24,847 nt of DNA from a virus (IMGVR_UViG_3300020044_000412:1-24847), one strand, 5' to 3'; numbered from the stretch's first letter, positions 7,834 to 17,235 are shown. The notes: a model not told the origin generated them from the sequence alone. A program made the numbers and translations.

Positions 7834-10412
7834 TACTGCATCTCCTCCGGCATACCAGCCTGGATAGCTGGAATAGCTCTAGCAGCGCCTCTAGCAGCAT
7901 CGACAATCCAATCAATACCAGCTTTCTTACCTAAATCTACTAGCTTCTTAGCTGCCGTAAGATCTAACGTACCATCAGCTTTAGGTGTTAATGCTTCGGA
8001 CAATATCTTAGTTGCTTTAGGATCTAACAATAAAGCCTTTAGCTTCTCGTCAGTGGCTGCTGCTGTCTGCTTTGCCCAGAACTTAGACAAGATGGATGAC
8101 ACAGCCCATGTAGTACTTGCTATAGGGTTGCGTAACTTAGAGATAACCTCTTCTGGAGGTACTCCTAAAGCTTTTTCAACAGGTGTTGTCGGTACTTCTT
8201 TTACATTAAACTTTACATTAGCAGGATTCTCAGATAATCTACGAGCGGCTTCAGCAAGATTCTCTATATTCTTAGCGTAAGTAGGTCCAAAGACTTTATC
8301 GTAAGTAGCCTTTCGTGTTCGATCTGTTAGAGCCTCTACTGGATTCTGTGCTGACAGAATATCATCTAACATAAACGATCTAACAGCATTCAAGGTATCG
8401 ATGTTACTACCATGAGTACGTAAGAAACGATCTACATTAGCTGGGTTACTGTACAGGTTGTTGACGATGTCCTGAGCAGTCTTACCTTCTAATTGAAGTA
8501 GATTACCTTTCCTAGCTTCTGTAAAGGCATTATTGATTCTTACCTTCTGTGCATTCAGTTCAGTAACATCAGTAACTGCTCTACGGATAACATCAGCTTT
8601 ATCACCAAGAACAACTAATTCACCGGAGTTTTCTTTCAGCCACTTACGAGCTACTTTAGGATCAATGACACCGTCTTTAACAGCAACACGGTCAAAGTCC
8701 GTCAGAAAAGCCTTCATAGCTAGGTCTCTTCCTTCTTCACCAGTAGCATCAACAAACTGAGACAATGCCGATTTGTTTTTAGTGATGACAGGAAGAACAG
8801 ACTCATTGAACTTAGCCCTATCAATCTGTTTAATAGCCTCTTGATTAAAAGGTAAACCGACACGTTCTAAGTAAGCAGCGTCTGCTGCTTTGTAGAGACG
8901 ACTAAAGTCTTCTGATACATTAGAGATAGTGTCTTCAAATGAGTTTTTAAGAGATGACAACAATCTTTGTGATGCTGGATCATCTTTTGTTTTTCTAATC
9001 TGTAAGTTAATTTCTCTTTTTAAAGAGTCTATATCAGCTATGGAAGCATCCTTAAAGACTAAATTACCTGCTTCGTCTTTAACTGGACCGAAACCACCTG
9101 GGTTTCTCTCTGACGGTGGTTTTGTTATTTTATTCCATATAGAAGGAAAAGAGAAAAACTTATCAGAAGCTCTTGTATCGTTTACAAATCTATAGATATC
9201 CTCAACACCTGTTGCTGGTAGGTTGATGTTATTCTGTTCAGCATAATCAAAAGCAGCTTTGTAGAAAGGTTGTGTAAGTTTTCTAGCTTCTTTTTCCTGT
9301 TTTTCAACTAACTTTGCAACACGAGTACCAAGAGCCTCTGGATCTTCAACTTTAAAGGTAGAAGACTTAGCTATTTGTTGGTTAATAGCGTCAAGTCTAC
9401 GTTGTTGTATCTTATCTAAAGGTATGTTCTTTAGTGTTTGCTGAAGAATAAAGTTAGCCTGTGTAGGATCACCGAACAATCTGGTAGCTCTTCCTGACAA
9501 GGCATCCATTGCTTGTTCAAACTGTGAACCGTACAGATTACGGAAAGCAGGATCTCTACTTGATAAGTTTCTAATCAAATCACCTAGTACAGGATTATTA
9601 TTCAGCATTGCTGATGCTGGTAGTTGCACACCTGTAGTAGCACTGATCTGCTGTGACTTAGCTAAAGCCTCAGCAAACTTAGGATCTGCCTGTGCTGCTG
9701 CTTGGAAGATGGAAGTCACAGTGTTGTCAGCTTGACGTAGAACTTCTTCTTCAGGGACAGTACCACGCATACGCTGCATCAGAGGTTTAGCCTGACTAGC
9801 CATTGCTGTAGCCCTTGGTATAGTTCCTTGAGCAACACCACCACTTATACCACCAGCTAAAGCACCAATGATTTGACCTTCATCACCAGCAGCATTTTGA
9901 CCAACTTGACCACCGAACTCAGCGGTAACACCAGGAATAAAACCACCAAGTAGCCTAGTAACAATACCACCACTACCAGAAGCCATACTTAAAGGGTCTA
10001 GTGCAGATTCAATACCAGCACCAACCAACCTACTACCAGTATCTGGTGGTGGTATCTGTTGATAACCTAGCGCTTGCTGTGATCGTTGCTGTACAGGTTG
10101 AATAAACCGTTGTTCGATTTGTTGTGTCAAAGCAGGCTGCGTAAAAGGCATTTGCATAGGAGCTTCCATACCTCCTACAGCTCTCATAATCTGTGGAACA
10201 ACGTTAGCCACTGCTCTCTTAGTTACATCAACTAGATAGTCAGTTGTAGATGCTCCTGTATCCTGCGGACGATTACGCTGAAATACTCTAGATAGTTCTT
10301 TAGGGGTTACTCCACCAGTTGTAGGTATAGAAGAAGCAATCTCATCAATCTCAGCATCACTTAGTGGTTGAGATGTTCTTACAGTTCTACCGTTAATGGT
10401 ATAAGTAGGCAT
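7833..10412 (-). CDS. Large internal virion/DNA-ejection protein, 859 aa
   Basis: TAAGGA SD; helical A/Q/K-rich sequence with a Gly-rich hydrophobic stretch; last of three large genes after the nozzle (T7 gp16 position). Function inferred from synteny. Confidence 0.65.
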   Translation of the reverse strand: MPTYTINGRTVRTSQPLSDAEIDEIASSIPTTGGVTPKELSRVFQRNRPQDTGASTTDYLVDVTKRAVANVVPQIMRAVGGMEAPMQMPFTQPALTQQIEQRFIQPVQQRSQQALGYQQIPPPDTGSRLVGAGIESALDPLSMASGSGGIVTRLLGGFIPGVTAEFGGQVGQNAAGDEGQIIGALAGGISGGVAQGTIPRATAMASQAKPLMQRMRGTVPEEEVLRQADNTVTSIFQAAAQADPKFAEALAKSQQISATTGVQLPASAMLNNNPVLGDLIRNLSSRDPAFRNLYGSQFEQAMDALSGRATRLFGDPTQANFILQQTLKNIPLDKIQQRRLDAINQQIAKSSTFKVEDPEALGTRVAKLVEKQEKEARKLTQPFYKAAFDYAEQNNINLPATGVEDIYRFVNDTRASDKFFSFPSIWNKITKPPSERNPGGFGPVKDEAGNLVFKDASIADIDSLKREINLQIRKTKDDPASQRLLSSLKNSFEDTISNVSEDFSRLYKAADAAYLERVGLPFNQEAIKQIDRAKFNESVLPVITKNKSALSQFVDATGEEGRDLAMKAFLTDFDRVAVKDGVIDPKVARKWLKENSGELVVLGDKADVIRRAVTDVTELNAQKVRINNAFTEARKGNLLQLEGKTAQDIVNNLYSNPANVDRFLRTHGSNIDTLNAVRSFMLDDILSAQNPVEALTDRTRKATYDKVFGPTYAKNIENLAEAARRLSENPANVKFNVKEVPTTPVEKALGVPPEEVISKLRNPIASTTWAVSSILSKFWAKQTAAATDEKLKALLLDPKATKILSEALTPKADGTLDLTAAKKLVDLGKKAGIDWIVDAARGAARAIPAIQAGMPEEMQ

Positions 10413-10421
10413 TCTTATTCC

Positions 10422-11696
10422 TTAGTCTTCAATAACGTATGTAGTGCCACTTGCTGTTTTACCTGTTCTTCCTTTTCCAGAAGAAACTCCAGGAGGTGTA
10501 CCAAAGGCTGCTTCAAAGCTAGGGAAAATATCTGTAGCACTTCCACCAGATTCTTTTGAAATAGCTTTTCTAAACGGATCTAGTCTACGTTCGTATTGTG
10601 CTTGTTCTTTTTTACGAAGAGCTAGCAACACTGCTCTTCTGTCTTCGTTGGTAACCTTTGTATCTTTACCATTGATAAACTGTGTAATTCTGTTAGCGAT
10701 ACGCTGATCAAGAGATCCTGTGTTAGCTAATGCTTCAATCTCAGTCTTAGCTTTGTTAGCATCACCGAAGATAGAACTAATTTCTTGACGTAAAGCAGCC
10801 TCACTGAAAGGAGTTCCTTGATTAATCAACGTAAGAGAGCTATCGATAGCGGATACTCTATCAGTAATTTGTTTTGTTGCTGATTGACCCTGAGCAACCA
10901 GAGCTGCTGTTTGAGGTGTATTCAGGGTTATGTTAGTATTTGGCTGTCTTGTTTTAGACTCATCTAAAACTCTTTTGTTAACAGCTTGTTGTTCTTGTTG
11001 TGTTAAATCACCAAATCGTTTACCGTACATTTCTTTTGAAATAGCTTCCCTATCTACACCAAATGACTCAGGCTTCTCCTCTTTTGGTGCTCTAGTGGTA
11101 GCTAAGTTTATAGCTGAATCAATCTCAGTTATTTGCTGTCTAATCTCTGCTTTTTCTAGCTCAGTTGTAGCATTCTGCATAGCATCTCTTAATTCCTGCC
11201 TTGCTTTCTGAAGCTGAACCACAGGTGCTTTACTTTGCATTGCTTCAGTTGCTTGTCGTATAGCTCTTTGTGTCTCAGCCGCTACTTTACCAATTTCATA
11301 AGTAGTTTTAATTGTTCCTAGTTCTGTCTTAGCCTTAGCCTCTTCAGCCTGTTTAACCTGTGCAGCAGCCGCTATAGCCTCTTGTGTTAGCCCTAAACGA
11401 GTAGCCTCTCTAGCCATGATCTTGTAAGCTTCAGCAGGATCTTCACCATCCCATTGTGCTGAGATAGCATTCTTTAATTCCTGTCTAGCTGCAGCTTCTT
11501 TCAGTTTAGGATCTTCCACACCGAATAAACCACCGATAGCCCTACCAGCCTGTGTACCAGCCATACCCATACCAGCTCTGATACTCTGGTATGGTGTTAA
11601 TCTAGCTTGTGCTATTGCATTAGCTTGATCCTGTTGCATCTGCTGTTGTTGTACATCATAGATGCTTGGACCAAATAGACTTTGTTGCTGTGCCAT
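10422..11696 (-). CDS. Internal virion/ejection protein, 424 aa
   Basis: TAAGGA SD; Q/A-rich coiled coil, GGLFGVEDP motif; middle core-protein position. Confidence 0.62.
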   Translation of the reverse strand: MAQQQSLFGPSIYDVQQQQMQQDQANAIAQARLTPYQSIRAGMGMAGTQAGRAIGGLFGVEDPKLKEAAARQELKNAISAQWDGEDPAEAYKIMAREATRLGLTQEAIAAAAQVKQAEEAKAKTELGTIKTTYEIGKVAAETQRAIRQATEAMQSKAPVVQLQKARQELRDAMQNATTELEKAEIRQQITEIDSAINLATTRAPKEEKPESFGVDREAISKEMYGKRFGDLTQQEQQAVNKRVLDESKTRQPNTNITLNTPQTAALVAQGQSATKQITDRVSAIDSSLTLINQGTPFSEAALRQEISSIFGDANKAKTEIEALANTGSLDQRIANRITQFINGKDTKVTNEDRRAVLLALRKKEQAQYERRLDPFRKAISKESGGSATDIFPSFEAAFGTPPGVSSGKGRTGKTASGTTYVIED

Positions 11697-11705
11697 TATT
11701 GTTCC

Positions 11706-14168
11706 TTAGATAAACAACCCAATGTCTTGATTACCGTAGCCTAGTCCAGTACCAAAACCTAAACTATTAATATTTCCAGCAGCATTAGGATTTAGTAGAT
11801 TACCTAACAAGCCTCCAGCAGCACTACCTAAAGATCCTGTATTACCTAACACTTGATTAGATATATTCTGTCTAGCCCCTAACAAGCCTGCTAAAGCCTC
11901 TTGTTGAGCTTGTAAGTTACCAGCTAAGCCAAGGCTTTGAAGATTACCTTGTGCCTGTAGACCAGCCAAAGAAGGTTGTAGGAAAGCTTGTGTTTGAGCA
12001 ATGTTACCTTGTAGTGCTTGTTGACCTAACTGACCGGACAACTGAGCCTGTTGTAGCTGTTGTTGAGTTAGGTTCTGGATAGGTGCCAATGCTGCTGCAC
12101 CTTGACCAAGTAACGTACCACGTTCACCCAATGCAGCCTGTCTAGACTGTAGTTCACGCTGTAGCTGCTGTTGTGCTATAGCTTGTTCTTGAGCTAGCAA
12201 CTCTGGTGAAGAACCACCAAAAGCTGACCCACTTACACCCAATCTTCCTTGAGCACGTAGCCTAGCCTCTGTAGCTAAGCGTTGACGCTCAATCTCTGGT
12301 GCAGACAATGCAGATAGCTTATTGTAGTAATCCCTGCTTAACTGATCTACGTTAGTCATGTTAGCAGCCTGTGCTGACTGCATTGCAGCTACAGCAAAGG
12401 GATTATACATTGCTCTAGCATCTTCAGTCAAGGCTGTGTTAACAGTACCTGTAGCAGGATTATACGTAGTGCCGAACAAGGAACCAGTAACACCAAAGGG
12501 TGTAAACTCTCCTACCATGTTCGATGCTTGTGTAGCTAATGTATTGTATTGACCACCAAGACGGTTAGCTAGGTTAGTGTATTCTGTTTGTGTTAACTGT
12601 CCTTGCTGACGTAACTTATCAGCAGCATCCTGGACCATTGCTAGGTTAGCACCAGAACTAATCAAACCACCTAGGATATTCTGTGCGTTAGTGTTCGTTA
12701 AACCATTCACTAAACCAGTAGCTAATGTACCTAGCGTTGATGGTGACAGCAAACCACCTGCAGCAGCTCCAGCAGTTGCTCCTGTTGCTGTTGTCGTAGG
12801 TGTAGTAGTTGTTGTTGGTGTAGTAGTTGTCGTAGTAGGTGTTGTAGTAGTTGTTGTTGGTGTAGTAGTTGTACCACCTGTCGTAGCTAATGTACCACCT
12901 AGTAAACCACCACCAACAGCGGCTGTGGTTCCAGCACCAGTTGTCGTAGCTAATGGTGTTGCTGCTACAGTTAACGAAGCTCCTCCAGTACCGCCAGTAG
13001 CAGCCCCAGTAGTTGCCCCTGTAGTAGCACCTGTAGTAGCACCTGTAGTAGCACCTGTAGTAGCACCTGTAGTAGCACCTGTAGTGGTCCCTGTAGTAGC
13101 TCCACTAAGTAAGCCTGTATCAGTAGCTAACGTACCTCCAGTAGCAGCTCCTGTGGTAGTCCCTGCAGTGGTTCCACCAAGAACAGAACCAGTAGTTGCT
13201 AAGTTACTTAAACCAATAGCACCTAGTGTGATACCAGCAGCTTGTAACCAACCTTGCCATTCAGGAGCGTTAGGTTCAGCTAAACGAGTTCCTGTTGGTG
13301 TACCATAAGCATCATACTGCTGAACAACAATCTTACCATCTCTGGTACCAATAGCTTGTTCAATGGTACGATCTTCACCGACATTAAGTTGTCTAATACT
13401 TTCATTGCCTGTGGTACGCTGTACATCACCAGTTAAGATAGTACCTTGAGGTAAACCAGAGGCTAAGAAGTATTGATTGATTTGACTAGTTGGTAAACCA
13501 GTTAGTCCTGACAAATCATCAGCAGTTAAACCATAAGTCTTAGCAGTCTGAGCTACATTTTGTCCGTTAGTGTTTAAGTTATTAACAAGGTTGTTGACAA
13601 CAGAATCTAACGTATTCTGAGGAACCATGTAGCTATTCATAATCGCCTGATCAGTCATCAAAGGCGATACACCTAACAAAGAAAACTCTTGAGGTGTTGT
13701 ATTAGGTGCAATAGCTGAGATAGCACTACGAATCTGTGTTGGTGTTTTACCTTGACTAAGTAAGGTATCAATGTAACCTTGTTTAGTACCTAACGATGCT
13801 GCTGGATCCCATGTAAGACCTAATAGATTATAAGTCGTTGGGGCAGGAGCAGGAGGTGGTGTATAAGGAGCTGGAGCAGGTTCGTAGTACGTAGGTTCTG
13901 AATAAACAGGCTCTTGATAAACAGGCTCTGCTACCTGTGTAGTAACGTTGTTTGTTGATGACTGAATAGGTGCTGGAGCAGCTGGAGCTGTTCCTGGCCC
14001 CATACCCCTTGCTTCAAACCAATACGCTTCACTAGGTTGAATCCAACCAGCTTGTAACAGATCGTAGGTAGTAACACCTTGGCTCTTAAACCAATTGACC
14101 TTGTCCTGAGCTTCGTAGTACGGACCGCCTAGAACACCCCAGTTTGATGGTAGCGTTGGAATTGCCAT
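11706..14168 (-). CDS. Internal virion/ejection protein with low-complexity T/G/A/P repeats, 820 aa
   Basis: Q/A/G/L-rich C-terminal half typical of DNA transfer proteins; central (GATT)n and TnP repeats; follows the nozzle genes. Confidence 0.6.
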   Translation of the reverse strand: MAIPTLPSNWGVLGGPYYEAQDKVNWFKSQGVTTYDLLQAGWIQPSEAYWFEARGMGPGTAPAAPAPIQSSTNNVTTQVAEPVYQEPVYSEPTYYEPAPAPYTPPPAPAPTTYNLLGLTWDPAASLGTKQGYIDTLLSQGKTPTQIRSAISAIAPNTTPQEFSLLGVSPLMTDQAIMNSYMVPQNTLDSVVNNLVNNLNTNGQNVAQTAKTYGLTADDLSGLTGLPTSQINQYFLASGLPQGTILTGDVQRTTGNESIRQLNVGEDRTIEQAIGTRDGKIVVQQYDAYGTPTGTRLAEPNAPEWQGWLQAAGITLGAIGLSNLATTGSVLGGTTAGTTTGAATGGTLATDTGLLSGATTGTTTGATTGATTGATTGATTGATTGATTGAATGGTGGASLTVAATPLATTTGAGTTAAVGGGLLGGTLATTGGTTTTPTTTTTTPTTTTTTPTTTTTPTTTATGATAGAAAGGLLSPSTLGTLATGLVNGLTNTNAQNILGGLISSGANLAMVQDAADKLRQQGQLTQTEYTNLANRLGGQYNTLATQASNMVGEFTPFGVTGSLFGTTYNPATGTVNTALTEDARAMYNPFAVAAMQSAQAANMTNVDQLSRDYYNKLSALSAPEIERQRLATEARLRAQGRLGVSGSAFGGSSPELLAQEQAIAQQQLQRELQSRQAALGERGTLLGQGAAALAPIQNLTQQQLQQAQLSGQLGQQALQGNIAQTQAFLQPSLAGLQAQGNLQSLGLAGNLQAQQEALAGLLGARQNISNQVLGNTGSLGSAAGGLLGNLLNPNAAGNINSLGFGTGLGYGNQDIGLFI
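12790..12872. repeat. Thr-Pro coding repeat (TTTTPTTTTTTPTTTTTTPTTTTTP)
   Basis: The 30-mer TGTAGTAGTTGTTGTTGGTGTAGTAGTTGT is identical at 12801-12830 and 12843-12872 (42-nt period). Confidence 0.9.
12997..13104. repeat. 12-bp in-frame tandem repeat encoding (GATT)n
   Basis: Five perfect GTAGTAGCACCT copies at 13021-13080, flanked by two degenerate copies on each side. Confidence 0.95.
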
Positions 14169-14170
14169 GA

Positions 14171-14383
14171 TTAGTAAGTCCCGTCATCGTACACAACACC
14201 ACCCGTAGGAAGCGTCACTGTACCAGTAAAAGTAGGGGAAGCAACATCAGCCTTGGATGTAATAGCACTGGCGATGTTGTTGTATTCGGTATCAATCTCA
14301 GTACCTTTGATAATCTTACTAGGATTACCAGACGGTAGTGTATCCTTAGATGCAAAGTTAGTTGTCTTAGTATAGTTACTCAT
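14171..14383 (-). CDS. Small tail protein (probable fibre anchor), 70 aa
   Basis: MSNYTKTTNFASKD...IKGTEIDTEYNNIASAITSKAD..SPTFTGT, ending DDGTY; coupled to the nozzle gene stop. Confidence 0.7.
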   Translation of the reverse strand: MSNYTKTTNFASKDTLPSGNPSKIIKGTEIDTEYNNIASAITSKADVASPTFTGTVTLPTGGVVYDDGTY

Positions 14384-15924
14384 TAGATTGTCCTACCTGC
14401 TTTAACAAAAATATCCATTTGTTGAACAGAAAAAGAATCATTACCAATATCAGCTTCGATACCTAATTGAAACACCCTACCAGCACCACCAATAGTTTGT
14501 CCATAGCCTTGGAACTGCTTAGGTACTGGATTAATGGTAATACCTGCGTTGTACTCAGCAATGTTGTATTCTGATACATTGTATTCTGAGCGGACAACAT
14601 TAGGGTACGTCCACAGAGCACTACGATAGTCTGTACCGTAGTCTACAGTCCACTTAAGGAATACATTAGTACCTGCTCCACCAACTGTTAAGGTATTAAC
14701 CTTCTTCAGTATCTTAATGATAGAAGAATCACCAGCATCAAGATGAGAGGTATAGTACAGGAATCTAAAGCTGCTACCATCGTCTGTGTTGCCATAGTAG
14801 CGACCAATGTATCCTGGCCTACCTAAGTACATCTCTCTACTACGTGTAGACAGTAAAGACTTAGGTGCGTACATCCACTGAGTTACTTTACAAGATCCAT
14901 CCTGTAGACGTTGCTTGAGATCAAAACAGTAGGTAATACCTCTAGTGGGTAGTGTCAGTAAATAGAAGGCATCTCGTTCGTGATACACTGAACGGATATT
15001 ATCATAGTCGTTATTAGTCAATACGTCAAGTATTAATTGATCTCTGACATTCCTGGAGATATCGAACAAAGGTGGTGACTTCTCTTGAATAACCCTACCT
15101 AAGCTACGAACACCAGTATCAGATAAGAAGAAGATATCAGTGCCTACATCCTGTACTGAATCTCTAGCAATACAACCAACACCATCAATAACTTCAACTA
15201 ACTTTAGATCTGATGTAGGATCACCATCAGCACCAGAATAAACAATGATAGTCTTCTTACAGAATATGACTAGGAAGCCATTAAAGCCTGCCAGAGCTAC
15301 GATACTGTCAGTACCATTAGTAAGTACTGATTCAATGCTGACAGAGCCTGAAGCACCTCCAGACCATTTCATACCGGACAATGTATCTGACCACCATACC
15401 GTAGTTTTATCAGTGGTTGTGTCCGCTACCCATAGACGACCATAAGCTGACAATACTTCATTACCTAGCTGCACAGTACCTGAATAGCCTGCATGTGCTG
15501 ATACAAGCATCCATGTATTAGCTACATGGTCATAGATTAAAGGATTATGAGCACGTTGAAAGAAGTAAGTGTTGTCATTAAAATTGACAATCTTCCAATT
15601 CTGTGCTGTCCACGTTGTACCGTTGTAGACCTGTGTAAGTGTCGTTGTACCTGTGAATATCTTATTATCACCTATAGATACAATCTCAGTAGAACCACTC
15701 TTCTTAACAACTTCTTGAATAACAGTAGGTTCAGTGCTGTTGTAGTTTGATGTAGTGTTTACCTTTACCCATCCTTTACGAGCTGCTATACGACCATACT
15801 GGTCAATGACAGCATTCTCAGCCCTAAGAGCAAACTCTTTAGGGAGTGTAATAGGAGAGTCTTGTGTGTTTAAACCATAGAAGCCAGGAGCAACAAGGCT
15901 AACTGGTCTTATAGGAGCTGCCAT
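14383..15924 (-). CDS. Tail nozzle / tail tubular protein B-like (P22 gp10, T7 gp12 position), about 513 aa
   Basis: Beta-rich; GFYGLNTQDSP, AENAVIDQYGRIAARKG, GVGCIARDSVQ, IFFLSDTGVRSL; start moved to ATG 15924 by TAATG coupling. Confidence 0.75.
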   Translation of the reverse strand: MAAPIRPVSLVAPGFYGLNTQDSPITLPKEFALRAENAVIDQYGRIAARKGWVKVNTTSNYNSTEPTVIQEVVKKSGSTEIVSIGDNKIFTGTTTLTQVYNGTTWTAQNWKIVNFNDNTYFFQRAHNPLIYDHVANTWMLVSAHAGYSGTVQLGNEVLSAYGRLWVADTTTDKTTVWWSDTLSGMKWSGGASGSVSIESVLTNGTDSIVALAGFNGFLVIFCKKTIIVYSGADGDPTSDLKLVEVIDGVGCIARDSVQDVGTDIFFLSDTGVRSLGRVIQEKSPPLFDISRNVRDQLILDVLTNNDYDNIRSVYHERDAFYLLTLPTRGITYCFDLKQRLQDGSCKVTQWMYAPKSLLSTRSREMYLGRPGYIGRYYGNTDDGSSFRFLYYTSHLDAGDSSIIKILKKVNTLTVGGAGTNVFLKWTVDYGTDYRSALWTYPNVVRSEYNVSEYNIAEYNAGITINPVPKQFQGYGQTIGGAGRVFQLGIEADIGNDSFSVQQMDIFVKAGRTI

Positions 15925-16574
15925 TATACCCAATTCCAAGTAGTTTCATCTTCGTACCTTGCAGCCTCTATAGAGATATAACTTGCTACTGCTTTACGAT
16001 AGAGTTCTGCTTGCTGATCGGACAACCTACCTTGATCTTCTCCTCGTTCGTTGATAGCACGTAGATAAGCACCTTGGATAACTAATTCAGAAGGTACATA
16101 GATAACATCAAGATCATTGACTAGATCTGCTTGAGGAATAACACAGTCTGCTTTAACTGCGTAAGCTTGATCAGGTATAGGCCAAAGATCTAACGTAATC
16201 TCACCACTGGTATTAGAGTTACCAATAGAGAAGTACTGAGGACCACCTGTTACTGTACCTTGCATGTTTACCCAACTATGCATCTGATCCTGTGAAGCTT
16301 GTACTAGATCACGCTTTAGTGTAGGTATGTAAATCTTTAACAGCTTAGTTCTTGGGTTAGAACCTGTAATTGCATAGTTCTGTGTACCGTTAACCGTATT
16401 GATTGTCTTTGTGGTACGTAGAATAGACCACATCCAAGCATCTTCAATCTCACGCTTGGTTTCATTGACCATTGCACCGATAAGGTACGAATAGTCTGAT
16501 TGAATGACTGTGGATACGGTTGTCTCACGCATCCTAAGCAGTACACCATTAACACAATCTAAATAGGTAGCCAT
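15924..16574 (-). CDS. Head-tail adaptor / tail tubular protein A-like, about 216 aa
   Basis: TYLDCVNGVLLRMRE, GPQYF, LWPIPDQAY; immediately upstream of the nozzle; TAATG coupling at 16574. Confidence 0.72.
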   Translation of the reverse strand: MATYLDCVNGVLLRMRETTVSTVIQSDYSYLIGAMVNETKREIEDAWMWSILRTTKTINTVNGTQNYAITGSNPRTKLLKIYIPTLKRDLVQASQDQMHSWVNMQGTVTGGPQYFSIGNSNTSGEITLDLWPIPDQAYAVKADCVIPQADLVNDLDVIYVPSELVIQGAYLRAINERGEDQGRLSDQQAELYRKAVASYISIEAARYEDETTWNWV

Positions 16575-16834
16575 TACCATTTCACCTTATCAGCCCAGTA
16601 TGCTGCAGACATCTTACCTTTAGCGATGTTCTTAGCATGTCTAGCTTTGAAAGATTTATTCCTAGCAGTACCCTCTGGAGACCCTGACACACCTTGTTGT
16701 CCGAAACGAATAGTCTTAACTTGATCACCGTCTTTAGCAACAACGACATGAGACTTTGTAGGATGTCCTGGTGTACGCTTAGGTTTATTAAACCCTGACA
16801 CACCAGCTCTTTCTAGTCTAGGGTCTTTCTTCAT
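16574..16834 (-). CDS. Small basic protein, 86 aa
   Basis: KSHVVVAK..KTIRFGQQG..SFKARH..SAAYWADKVKW pattern recalled from aquatic phages; coupled at both ends. Confidence 0.85.
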   Translation of the reverse strand: MKKDPRLERAGVSGFNKPKRTPGHPTKSHVVVAKDGDQVKTIRFGQQGVSGSPEGTARNKSFKARHAKNIAKGKMSAAYWADKVKW

Positions 16835-16977
16835 TTCTTCTTAGCAGTTTTAGCTGCATCCTTAAAGTCTTTTGCTGTAGGTGCACCTTTGCTTCCTGGT
16901 TTCTTCATCTTTTCACCAGAGCCTTCAGCAATACGCTTACGCTTAGCGTTAATGTTCGCGTATAGTCCAGTTTTCAT
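16831..16977 (-). CDS. Small Lys-rich protein, 48 aa (not in ORF track)
   Basis: MKTGLYANINAKRKRIAEGSGEKMKKPGSKGAPTAKDFKDAAKTAKKK; TAATG coupling upstream and ATGA coupling downstream. Confidence 0.85.
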   Translation of the reverse strand: MKTGLYANINAKRKRIAEGSGEKMKKPGSKGAPTAKDFKDAAKTAKKK

Positions 16978-17081
16978 TAATACTTCTTACGTTTAGCTTC
17001 TGTTGCTTTCATCATACACTTACCAGCTTTTTTACACTTAGTAGGTGTAGGGCAACCAGGACAAGGTTTAAACTCTTTCAT
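16977..17081 (-). CDS. Cys4 basic mini-protein, 34 aa
   Basis: AAGGA SD before ATG 17081; MKEFKPCPGCPTPTKCKKAGKCMMKATEAKRKKY; stop coupled to the next ATG. Confidence 0.7.
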   Translation of the reverse strand: MKEFKPCPGCPTPTKCKKAGKCMMKATEAKRKKY

Positions 17082-17235
17082 TTCTTTTTCCTTTCTTAGC
17101 CATACCAGCTTCTGACAAAGCAATAGCAACCGCTTGTTTACGAGACTTAACAACTGGACCACCTTTACCACTATGTAGAGTACCTTCTTTGTACTCTCTC
17201 ATCACTTTTTCAATCTTCTTTGGTCTTTGTCTCAT
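17068..17235 (-). CDS. DUF6496-like small basic protein, 55 aa
   Basis: KIEKVMREYKEGTLHSGKGGPVVKSRKQAVAIALSEAG; AAGGA SD before ATG 17235. Confidence 0.8.
   Translation of the reverse strand: MRQRPKKIEKVMREYKEGTLHSGKGGPVVKSRKQAVAIALSEAGMAKKGKRNERV

Noticed and set aside
13021-13080. Possible CRISPR array or iterons
   Set aside because: Contiguous 12-mers without spacers, in frame within a CDS.
12691-13308. 205-aa + strand Val/Ala/Pro-rich ORF
   Set aside because: Antisense mirror of the Thr/Gly repeats in the 820-aa gene; no SD.
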